Shown: positions 8,650 through 17,150 of the stretch, one piece after another
Position numbering within the stretch: the first letter of the stretch is position 1
Layout: each line of letters begins with the position of its first letter
NCBI GenBank assembly: GCA_018260615.1
Contig: JAGWDQ010000044.1
Location: 13,791 to 77,790, forward strand
DNA: 64,000 bases
Direction: 5' to 3'
From: Candidatus Altarchaeum sp.
GTDB lineage: Archaea; Altiarchaeota; Altiarchaeia; Altiarchaeales; Altiarchaeaceae
Notes under the pieces: generated by a model
What the model saw: the letters and a program-made list of their open reading frames with translations, nothing else
Told to the model about the DNA's origin: nothing
Databases searched by the model: none
Program-made: the position numbers and the translations under genes

Positions 8650-9918
8650 TTATATATTTATCTCCTCAATCCTCAAAAATTTTTGCTCACCGCTCTCCAT
8701 ATCCCTCAAAGTAACCTTGTTTTCCTCAACCTCTTTCTTTCCGACAACAACAACATACCTGTATTTGTTATTTGCATACTCCATCGCCTTTCTGACTTTT
8801 CTGTTCATTATATCCAAATCCGCTATAATATTTCTTTCCCTTAGTTCTTTTACTACTTTAACACAATAGCCCTTAAATTCCTCACTGACGAATGTAATTA
8901 AAATTTTCCTGTTTTCAAATTTAGGGCTCAAATTTTGCATCTTCAGCGCCTCAATCACTCTGTCAAACCCGTAGGCAAACCCGACTGCCGGAGTGTTTTT
9001 GCTTTTATTATCCTGAACTCCTTTATCTTCCGAAAACAATCCGATAAGATTATCATATCTCCCCCCGCCGCAAATCTGCATATTATTCGCGTGAATCTCA
9101 AATACCGTTGAAGTATAGTAATCCAGTCCGCGAACAGTGTTAAAATTTATAACATAATCAACACCATATAATTCCGCAAATTTTAAAACATTTTCCAGTT
9201 CGTCAATTCCTTCAATCGCTTCCCCGCAGTCATTCAGTAAATTTTTTAAATCGCTTAAATTTTCCCTGTTTCCCTTAAATGAAAGAACTTTGTTTAAAAT
9301 TTCTCCCCTGTCAGTCCTTTTTAAAATTTCATTAACTCCTTCATCATTATGCTTGTCAATATAGTGCAAAATTTTTTTCTTGTCTTCCTCTCTTAAATTT
9401 GCCGAATTCAGAACCCCCTTAATTACCTTTATATTACTGAGCTCCAGAACAAAATTTAAATTTAAGGACTTTAAGCCCTCATAAGCCAGAGAAATAACTT
9501 CCGCATCGCTTTCCGGATTATTACTTCCGATCAATTCAACCCCCAGATGCCAGAATTCCCTGTATCTCGCATGCTGCGGCTCATCATATCTAAATACGGG
9601 ACAAAAATAGTAAAATTTCAAAGGAAAGGCAAAATTTTTAAAATTTTCAGTGAAAAAACGAGCGGTTGAAGCGGTCTGCTCCGGTTTCAGGCATACCTCT
9701 CTGTTTCCTTTATCCTTAAATACAAACATACTTTCAGTGATTTCCTCTCCTGATTTTAATGTGAATATATTTGTGTATTCAACCGTCGGGGTTAAAATTT
9801 CGTCAAATCCGTATAATTTAAATTTTTTTTCTACTGCTTCTCTCACATAGTTCCTTATTTTCATATCATCGGGCAAAAAATCCCGGAAACCCCTTAATTT
9901 TTCTGTTTTGATGTCCAT
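8650..9918 (-). CDS. hisS: Histidine--tRNA ligase
   Basis: Class II aaRS motifs, 'FRYDEPQHARYREF' and 'GGGRYDNL' HisRS signatures; 422 aa. Confidence 0.85.
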   Translation of the reverse strand: MDIKTEKLRGFRDFLPDDMKIRNYVREAVEKKFKLYGFDEILTPTVEYTNIFTLKSGEEITESMFVFKDKGNREVCLKPEQTASTARFFTENFKNFAFPLKFYYFCPVFRYDEPQHARYREFWHLGVELIGSNNPESDAEVISLAYEGLKSLNLNFVLELSNIKVIKGVLNSANLREEDKKKILHYIDKHNDEGVNEILKRTDRGEILNKVLSFKGNRENLSDLKNLLNDCGEAIEGIDELENVLKFAELYGVDYVINFNTVRGLDYYTSTVFEIHANNMQICGGGRYDNLIGLFSEDKGVQDNKSKNTPAVGFAYGFDRVIEALKMQNLSPKFENRKILITFVSEEFKGYCVKVVKELRERNIIADLDIMNRKVRKAMEYANNKYRYVVVVGKKEVEENKVTLRDMESGEQKFLRIEEINI

Positions 9919-10068
9919 ATTTTTTAATTTCTCTTTTTAATTTACTCTGACTGAAAAATTTTTACAAGTATTGTTACACAATTATGAGCAAAAATAAAAG
10001 AATGAAAATTTAACTATTCAGGCGGTAATAAAATTCATCACAATTACGTTCACATCGTTCAAGGGCAA

Positions 10069-10164
10069 ATAATAATTATACAAAAACATATAATATTAAT
10101 TATACATAATTGTATTATACAAAAACGACAAATAATAATTATACAAAAACATATAATATTAATT
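10069..10164. repeat. Direct repeat 'AAATAATAATTATACAAAAACATATAATATTAATT' x2 separated by ~26 bp
   Basis: Exact 35-bp copies at 10069-10103 and 10130-10164. Confidence 0.6.
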
Positions 10165-10227
10165 GCGCATAAGGTAAAAATGAAAAATCCATTTGTATTC
10201 GGGGTAGAGGTTTGTTAAATTTCTAAA

Positions 10228-10283
10228 ATGGAAACACTGCTTCCAAAACCAAAAACGCGGGGAAAAATTTCCGTTGAAGAAAG
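10228..10283 (+). other. Diverged duplicate of the first ~55 bp (start codon onward) of the nitroreductase gene at 12309
   Basis: 'atggaaacactgcttccaaaaccaaaaacgcggggaaaaatttccgttgaagaaag' vs 12309 'atggaaatcacaacacttccggaaccaaaaacaaaaggaaaaatttcgtttgaagaag' (~80% identity). Confidence 0.7.
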
Positions 10284-10379
10284 TAAATGAGTATTTTTCC
10301 TGAATTTTTAACATTATTCTTTTAAACTAAATAATTTCCTAATTTACTAATATAAAATTTATTTATCAATATAGTAAAA

Positions 10380-11654
10380 ATGCAAATCAAAGAAATAAAA
10401 ATAGAAAACTTTAAAGGAATATCTTATTTGAAGTTTTCTCCAAAAAAAATAAACTTAATTGTAGGAAGGAACAATACTGGCAAAACCAGCGTTTTGGAAG
10501 CAATTGATTTGTTATTTAATCCTGAAAATATAGTGCAAATGTATGGTGAACATCTTTCGGATATAATTCATACAGAGACCGAATATTCAGAACTTGTAGC
10601 GAAGATAGGTAAAAGCAAAAAGAAATTAAGGATATCAAAATCATACAAAAGCGAAGTGATTTACCAATTCAAGAAAGACGTTACTGGGGCATTTATTAGG
10701 TCATTAAACAAATTTTTTGCTCTTATTAACCTTCCTGAAAACATCATAGATACAGAAGAAATCAGACACAAATTAGAAAACAAAATGGATGAAGCAATAA
10801 CTCCTGAGATAATAGGCATCATATCAAAAAAGAGTGTGTGTCTCTTAAAAGACAGCGAAGATAAAACAGTAAGGTATCACTTGCCATTTTCAGAATATTC
10901 TCGAATTTCTCGCATTTTACTTCCTGTGTCGCTCGAGATTTTCGAACAAATATCTAAACAGGGTACAAAGTCGTTGAATGAAAAGGTTTTGTCATATGAC
11001 GAGGTTTTGTCAGTTATAAATGCCAATATGTTTGAGATGTTCTCACTTTTTGAACATCCCACAAAAATTTCGGGAGGGAAAAATGTAGTTTTAATAAAAG
11101 ATTTATCTGGTGTGAAATTTGAACTGGAAGAAAAAGACGCAGAAATGAAAAGGAAAATTAGGAATATAGAATCCATTATAAAAGAGCATAATTTGATTGA
11201 AAATTTAGAAAGATTGGATTTTGACTATGTTACATTTAAAGATAAAAATGAAAAATTAAGTTTTGTTCCATTTTCTTTTTTAGGTGATGGTTTTAAAGTA
11301 ATGGTTGGCTTGCTGTGGCATATTTCCTCACCAAATATGGAGAATAAAATTGTCCTGCTTGATGAGCCGGAAACCCACATGCATCCTGGTTATATTCTGG
11401 AATTAATAAAGTTCCTTATCAAATTTTCAGATAAACTAAACATCCGGTTTTTCATAACGACTCATAGCTGGGACTTTCTTGATTTGTTGCTTGACAAGGA
11501 TAATTTTTCACAAGAAGATCAAAAATATTTGGAAAAGGACTTATTGTTGTTAAGAATGGATAAATTAGATGATTCTACTATTCCGACCATTTCGGACTAT
11601 AAAGATGCCAAATATGCAAAGGACAAGCTTTTCCTGGATTTAAGAGGAATTTAA
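10380..11654 (+). CDS. ABC/AAA-type ATPase of the OLD / AriA (PARIS) / AAA_15-21 family
   Basis: N-terminus 'IKEIKIENFKGISYLKFSPKKINLIVGRNNTGKTSVLEAI' (Walker A), 'LLDEPETHMHPGYI' (Walker B/D-loop), 'FFITTHSWDFLDLL' (H-loop); 424 aa. Confidence 0.75.
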   Translation: MQIKEIKIENFKGISYLKFSPKKINLIVGRNNTGKTSVLEAIDLLFNPENIVQMYGEHLSDIIHTETEYSELVAKIGKSKKKLRISKSYKSEVIYQFKKDVTGAFIRSLNKFFALINLPENIIDTEEIRHKLENKMDEAITPEIIGIISKKSVCLLKDSEDKTVRYHLPFSEYSRISRILLPVSLEIFEQISKQGTKSLNEKVLSYDEVLSVINANMFEMFSLFEHPTKISGGKNVVLIKDLSGVKFELEEKDAEMKRKIRNIESIIKEHNLIENLERLDFDYVTFKDKNEKLSFVPFSFLGDGFKVMVGLLWHISSPNMENKIVLLDEPETHMHPGYILELIKFLIKFSDKLNIRFFITTHSWDFLDLLLDKDNFSQEDQKYLEKDLLLLRMDKLDDSTIPTISDYKDAKYAKDKLFLDLRGI

Positions 11655-11656
11655 AA

Positions 11657-12307
11657 ATGAAGAGGATAATCATTTGTGAAGGAAAACATGATAGTATTTT
11701 CTTACGCGCACTATTTCCCAAAATTGGCATTCCTGATAAAGATATAGAAATATTTGATCAGGGGGAGCGTGATAAAAAGGAAGATTTGAGAAATATAGAA
11801 ACAAAAATAGTCGGTAAATTTCTCAGCCCTTACGGACCTTACAGTTCTTGTAAAATTTTGGTAAAGTCAGAAGAGGGAAAGGGTAACGCGATTCATCTGT
11901 TTGCAGAATATTTAACAACATGGATACAAAACTTTGAAACATTTTTGATGCTGGACTTAGATACTTCTCTTTATAAACAAAACAAGTCGGGTAAAAGCAG
12001 GGAGAAAAAAACAAGAATTGAAAGAATGTTAAATAAATTAAAAGAGATGATAAAAAACAAACATGGAAATTTTGAAATAGAGTGTGAAGATATAAAAGAT
12101 AGTGAATTGTTGGTAAGAAAATGTTATCTAAAAGATAAAAACGGCAACCAACGAGTAGGAAGCCCATTTTATCTAATTTTGTTTGTTCATTCGTTAGAAG
12201 AAGAAGCTAACAGGACAGTCCCCTCTGATAATGTTGATATTGAAGGTAAAATATCCAAACTTGTTGAACTGCCCGATATTCAAGACACATTTTCGTCATT
12301 ATTTTAA
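11657..12307 (+). CDS. Small TOPRIM-like protein (DUF4435/OLD-TOPRIM-like) translationally coupled to the ATPase
   Basis: 'IIICEGKHDSIFL' (E-G-x-x-D Toprim-type motif), later 'FLMLDLDTS' (DxD-like); starts 3 bp after ATPase stop; 216 aa. Confidence 0.5.
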   Translation: MKRIIICEGKHDSIFLRALFPKIGIPDKDIEIFDQGERDKKEDLRNIETKIVGKFLSPYGPYSSCKILVKSEEGKGNAIHLFAEYLTTWIQNFETFLMLDLDTSLYKQNKSGKSREKKTRIERMLNKLKEMIKNKHGNFEIECEDIKDSELLVRKCYLKDKNGNQRVGSPFYLILFVHSLEEEANRTVPSDNVDIEGKISKLVELPDIQDTFSSLF

Positions 12308-12308
12308 A

Positions 12309-12881
12309 ATGGAAATCACAACACTTCCGGAACCAAAAACAAAAGGAAAAATTTCGTTTGAAGAAGCAATATTTAAAAGGAAGTCGCACAGGAAATTTAC
12401 GGCTGAAAATTTAAGCACGGATGAAATTTCACAGTTATTATGGGCTGCTTACGGAAGGAACAAAGACCGCAAAGTTGTCCCGTCGGCAGGGGCAACATAT
12501 CCCTTTGAAATTTATATAAATTTAAGCGATGGAATCTATAAGTATGAAAGTGACAGGCATAAAATTTTAAAGGTTGTTGAGGGAAACAAAAGTGAATTAT
12601 TATATTATGCGGCATTACATCAAGAGTGCGTAAAAAATGCGAAAGCAACAATTATTCTCGCTGTCAATTACGAAAAAATTAAGGTAAGATACGGAGACAG
12701 AAGCATTAGATATACACACTTTGAGGCAGGTCATATTGCCCAGAATATTTGTCTGCAGGCGGAAGCATTAAATTTGGGAAGTGTATGTATCGGTGCGTTT
12801 GATGAAGAAAAGGTTGCGAAAATAATAAATTTAGATGAAAATTTAAAAGCAATTTACATGATTTGTGTGAGTAAAATTTAA
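12309..12881 (+). CDS. Nitroreductase-family protein (start set at ATG 12309; ORF track 12231 extension unlikely)
   Basis: 'FKRKSHRKFTAE', 'LLWAAYG' nitroreductase fold signatures. Confidence 0.7.
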   Translation: MEITTLPEPKTKGKISFEEAIFKRKSHRKFTAENLSTDEISQLLWAAYGRNKDRKVVPSAGATYPFEIYINLSDGIYKYESDRHKILKVVEGNKSELLYYAALHQECVKNAKATIILAVNYEKIKVRYGDRSIRYTHFEAGHIAQNICLQAEALNLGSVCIGAFDEEKVAKIINLDENLKAIYMICVSKI

Positions 12882-12902
12882 TTTGACATTTACTATTTAC
12901 TT

Positions 12903-13103
12903 TCACTCCTCTTCATCAAAAATAAATAATTCATCAATTTTAGAGTTAAGTGCTTTCGCTATGTCATACGCAAGTTTAAGTGAAGGGTTGTATTTTCCCT
13001 TTTCAAGAAAGACAATGGTCTCTCTTCTGACACTAACTTTTTTTGCTAATTCTTCTTGTGTCAAATTGTATCTTGCCCGAAATTCTTTGAGTCGTGTTTT
13101 CAT
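12903..13103 (-). CDS. XRE-family helix-turn-helix transcriptional regulator
   Basis: '[48 protein letters not shown]' classic HTH_3; 66 aa. Confidence 0.85.
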   Translation of the reverse strand: MKTRLKEFRARYNLTQEELAKKVSVRRETIVFLEKGKYNPSLKLAYDIAKALNSKIDELFIFDEEE

Positions 13104-13150
13104 TCTTTAAACTTTCAAACTGAAATTATTGTAATTAATTCAAACTAATT

Positions 13151-14335
13151 TTATGCAAACAACTCGCTATTCACCAAAATATCTGGTTTTTCGCCTTTTG
13201 GAACTTTCACTTCCAAACCTAAAATTACATAGGATTCTTTATTTGTTTTTCCTTTCCAACCCGTTTCAAATTCATCCTCTTTCAAAGTATCTACTCCAAA
13301 TTTACCTTGCTCCATAAAGTATTTCTGCCTTATATCAAGGATGTTGTCACCATATTGCACCCTTTCAAGAGAAAGTTCATATTCTTTATTTTTTTCAACA
13401 TTGAATGTTGCAACAGGTGCCCAGCCAATAATAACTCCGTTGTTAATTTTGACTCTTGTTTTCAGAGATTTTAGTGGTTTTGTATCTATTTTACCCTTTA
13501 CCTGAATCCAGATAATGTATCCGTCATAATCTGGCATTTTCCAAAAACTTGAGTTTATCCGGTAAATTTCTATAGCATCCCATATTTCTGAGTGTGTTGT
13601 TTCCTCTCCAAAAGGTTTATCTTCTGTACCTTTTCCTGTCCCTGCACTATATAATCTGGCTTCGAGGATAAGACCATGAGTTTCCGGAGAAATAAAATCC
13701 TCCTTAAACATCCATGTCTGATTAGTTATATTGTATTGTTCATCACATACTGATGGAGCAGAACATATCTCATGATCTATTGAAACATGTTCCATCATCG
13801 GCGGAAAAATATACTCCTGAATTATGGCTGGTCCGATGAGTATAGTAAATGCCATTAAAATTCCAAGCCCTATTTCAGTCAATGTCAATATCATCTTATC
13901 TGTTTTTTCATCATCTCGTTCATGCAGATAATAAGATACCATGTATATAATGAATCCGGCAGCAAAAGCAACTTCTATAAGAGATGAAAAAATTTGCTCA
14001 TCTATTATATCAAAACCCAATAATGCTATTAAAATCGCTATTGAAGCTACAAGAAATATAAAACCCTTTTTTGATGCTTTTAAAGTGTTTAATTCCGTTC
14101 GCTCATCAATTCTAATTCTTACTTCACCTGTTCTTTTATATTGAATGATTTCGTAAAGAGAATAAAGTGCAATAATAGTTCCCAGTAATATGAGTAATCC
14201 TGAGATTAAGTATTCTGGGGTGGATACAGCGCCTCTAAAATATAACCACATTACCCCACACATAGTAAAAAATATACCTAATATTGCCCATCTGTATGGT
14301 ATTTGAGATTGTTTATTTATTTGTTCGTTTTTCAT
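13151..14335 (-). CDS. Membrane protein, N-terminal 4-5 TM domain plus ~200-aa C-terminal soluble domain; paralog of 14376-15023
   Basis: Shared N-terminal 'QIPY(R)W..LGIFFTMCGVMW' / 'QIPYWGTIIGIIITLWGILW' with neighbour; adjacent to XRE regulator. Confidence 0.5.
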   Translation of the reverse strand: MKNEQINKQSQIPYRWAILGIFFTMCGVMWLYFRGAVSTPEYLISGLLILLGTIIALYSLYEIIQYKRTGEVRIRIDERTELNTLKASKKGFIFLVASIAILIALLGFDIIDEQIFSSLIEVAFAAGFIIYMVSYYLHERDDEKTDKMILTLTEIGLGILMAFTILIGPAIIQEYIFPPMMEHVSIDHEICSAPSVCDEQYNITNQTWMFKEDFISPETHGLILEARLYSAGTGKGTEDKPFGEETTHSEIWDAIEIYRINSSFWKMPDYDGYIIWIQVKGKIDTKPLKSLKTRVKINNGVIIGWAPVATFNVEKNKEYELSLERVQYGDNILDIRQKYFMEQGKFGVDTLKEDEFETGWKGKTNKESYVILGLEVKVPKGEKPDILVNSELFA

Positions 14336-14375
14336 TTTCGTTAAGTTTTGGTATTTATTTTAAATTTTTAAAAAT

Positions 14376-15023
14376 TTATTGTATCTTTACCGCGATCACA
14401 AATATACCTATTCCGACAAGTAAAATAGCCCTTACAAGAGTAACAAACAGAGCATTGTCTATTGCACCAAAAGCCAATAATCCGTTTATAATTGCCAGAG
14501 AAATCATTAAAAAGAAATAGCCCCATTTTGCCGAGTGTGAGATATTTATGTTTATCCGCTCATCTACCCAAACATTCACCTTGCCTGTCTTTTTGTAGTT
14601 ATAAATTTCATGAATAAAATAAATTGTTATCCCTATTCCCATTATTACTATCACAAGTGCGAAATATCCTACATCCGAAAAGAACACCCACAAAATTCCC
14701 CAAAGGGTGATAATTATTCCAATAATTGTCCCCCAATACGGAATTTGTTTATTTATATTTGTTCCTTCATCAAACGATGTTTCTTCTTCATCCTTTCCCT
14801 TTCTATACTTATAATTCTTATAAATAACATAAAGGATAATTGCCCCTCCGAGTGCTACATACGGAATTGGTTCATCCTCTTTTGATATGTTAAAATCAAA
14901 TATCGCGATTAATATTCCGGCACTAATAATAATCACACCAAATATTAATATCTCCAACTCCATTATGCTTCTTTTCTTTTTTGTTTTTTCCGTTGATGTA
15001 TTTTCTTCCTTTTCCATTTTCAC
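14376..15023 (-). CDS. Membrane protein (TM-only paralog of 13151-14335)
   Basis: Hydrophobic helices, conserved 'KQIPYWG' motif, 'ERININIS' similar to 'ERTELNTLKAS' in paralog. Confidence 0.5.
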   Translation of the reverse strand: MKMEKEENTSTEKTKKKRSIMELEILIFGVIIISAGILIAIFDFNISKEDEPIPYVALGGAIILYVIYKNYKYRKGKDEEETSFDEGTNINKQIPYWGTIIGIIITLWGILWVFFSDVGYFALVIVIMGIGITIYFIHEIYNYKKTGKVNVWVDERININISHSAKWGYFFLMISLAIINGLLAFGAIDNALFVTLVRAILLVGIGIFVIAVKIQ

Positions 15024-15155
15024 TAAATTTATTATATATTTTTAACTTTTTATTAATTATTTCTAACTAAAAGTTAGATTTATATAACATATTAGGATTT
15101 AATATAAATAAATAAATAAATAAAAATATTTTTTCAGAAGAAAGAAAACTTCATT

Positions 15156-15911
15156 TTAAAATTCTAACTTCTTCCCGTCATCTGCAATTTCTATATCATT
15201 CAGGGACTTTAAATTTAGCCGCTTTGCTGTCTTTTCATATCCGAACCGGACAGGTGTTTCCGAAATGAGAATGTAAGCTGCAATCTCCTTTATATTTAAC
15301 TTTGCCGCTGCAACCGCTCTGTGATGCCCGTCTATTATAAAATTTTTATTATTTGTCCGCAGCACAACAATCGGCTCGTTTAAATTTTTCTGTATTTCAT
15401 ACATTCTTCCCTGCAATTCATCCGCCTCTATATTGCTTTGCGTGGGAATTAAGTCACGGACATTTACATTTTCTTCCAGTATGGAAATTTCACAATCGTG
15501 TAAATTTTCAAATATATCCTTTATCTTTAAGACCTTATCATAAGACGAATGTTCTATTTCCGCCCTTAAAATATCAGTGTTTGAAATCATTCCGATAAAT
15601 TTATTGGTTTCTCCGATAACAGGCAAACCGGAAATACCTTTTCTCCACATAATCTTTGCGGCGCGGGAAATTTCCATATCCGGTGTAGCAACAATCACAT
15701 CCTTCCGCATAAATTTATCTATTGTTGCCTTTGGATTCCTGAATAATATATCCAGAACCGAAATGAACCCGACAAGTTTCTCATTTTCAACAACCGGAAA
15801 TCCGACATGCTGATATTTTAATACCATTCTTTCCACTTCTTCAACGGTAAATTTGGGCATTACGATAATTATGTCTGTGTGAAGATAGTCCTTTACATAT
15901 TTTTTATCCAT
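15156..15911 (-). CDS. CBS-domain pair fused to ParB/sulfiredoxin-like nuclease domain
   Basis: Two CBS motifs in N-half; C-terminal 'FIIDGHHRAVAAAKLNIKEIAAYIL' (ParBc 'DGHHR'). Confidence 0.75.
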   Translation of the reverse strand: MDKKYVKDYLHTDIIIVMPKFTVEEVERMVLKYQHVGFPVVENEKLVGFISVLDILFRNPKATIDKFMRKDVIVATPDMEISRAAKIMWRKGISGLPVIGETNKFIGMISNTDILRAEIEHSSYDKVLKIKDIFENLHDCEISILEENVNVRDLIPTQSNIEADELQGRMYEIQKNLNEPIVVLRTNNKNFIIDGHHRAVAAAKLNIKEIAAYILISETPVRFGYEKTAKRLNLKSLNDIEIADDGKKLEF

Positions 15912-16059
15912 AATTAAATTTTATAAATTTAAAATTATAAGCAAAGTCGTAATTATAAAAAATTTTGCCAAAACATTAAAAATAGACCTGTTGCTAATTA
16001 AAATTTCATAATGTGAAATATGTAAAATTCAAAGATAGAATAGTTATTTGACAACAACC

Positions 16060-17091
16060 CTAATCTATAGAGAGCTTATTTTGTTTACTTATTATTGTCT
16101 GCACAATTCGTGGAAGAGGTATTTTACATTCTCCTTCGGGCATCGTTATTTTCCATCTAAATATAGGTATTTCAATCTCAGCACCATTTATAGTTTTGTC
16201 TTTGTCGTCAAGAACTTTTATCGTGACTGTTTTGGCAGCATATTGCAAAGTCCCAAGCAATTGTGCTTTTTCAACATCGGGTGAAGGGGAATAAAAACAA
16301 CCCTTATCATCTGTTTTGGCTTCAATGTTATTTCCCCCAAATTTTATTTTTATTGGCACATCAACATTTATACTCTTATAATCTAAACGATATAAAAATA
16401 TCGGCAAAGAAAAGCTAAACATCTCTTCATGGTTCTCTCCTTCCAGTTTTTTTTCCCACATCACCAATATCGTTCCAAAAGTGTTTGCAACAAGGGCACC
16501 AATTGACATCGCAATTATGAGATCTTTTGTTTCATCAAGAAATAAAGATAACCAAGCTAAACCACCTAAAATAAAGAACAGAATGATTCCAAACAACATA
16601 ACCGTTTTACGGTTTTCTGAAGAGGTCTTTTCTGAGCGTGCAAAAATCTCTAAAATAATAAAAATAATGATTGCAAAAACAACCACCGAAAATATTAATG
16701 AGAGGAGATTTTCTCCATTCCACATACTTCCCGCAGCAACGATTGCAGGAATGTAATGCAAATCTGCAACGAATGACGATATTAGAGCCATCATAATAAT
16801 TATTGTTATTTTAGATGATTTTCCATCCATTCTATTTTCTTTGTCTATTTGATGTCTATGCAAAAAGTCCACGAACTTCCTGAGTGTTGCAGCAATGGAT
16901 AGTAACGCTATTATTAGAAGTTCCCAAAATGTTTTAAAAAACTCCCAAAATCCTATTTTAGAGATTTCCGAAGCATCAACGCTCATTATATGCACTAAAA
17001 AAGTTACATTAAATGTTAAAATCATAAATTGTAATACAAAAGTCACTGGAAGTATTCCTATGCCTTTCTTTATTTTTGATGTATATGTCAT
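16060..17091 (-). CDS. Uncharacterised membrane protein, member of 3-gene paralog cluster (motif 'ADLHYIPAI')
   Basis: Multi-TM; 'FVADLHYIPAIVAAGS' shared with 17151 ('IAADIHFIFAIM') and 19349 ('IIADFHYIPAIFIL') proteins. Confidence 0.5.
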   Translation of the reverse strand: MTYTSKIKKGIGILPVTFVLQFMILTFNVTFLVHIMSVDASEISKIGFWEFFKTFWELLIIALLSIAATLRKFVDFLHRHQIDKENRMDGKSSKITIIIMMALISSFVADLHYIPAIVAAGSMWNGENLLSLIFSVVVFAIIIFIILEIFARSEKTSSENRKTVMLFGIILFFILGGLAWLSLFLDETKDLIIAMSIGALVANTFGTILVMWEKKLEGENHEEMFSFSLPIFLYRLDYKSINVDVPIKIKFGGNNIEAKTDDKGCFYSPSPDVEKAQLLGTLQYAAKTVTIKVLDDKDKTINGAEIEIPIFRWKITMPEGECKIPLPRIVQTIISKQNKLSID

Positions 17092-17150
17092 TTTACTTTT
17101 ATATTAATTGTTTATATCATTAATTAAATTATTTTATAAGAATAAATAAA

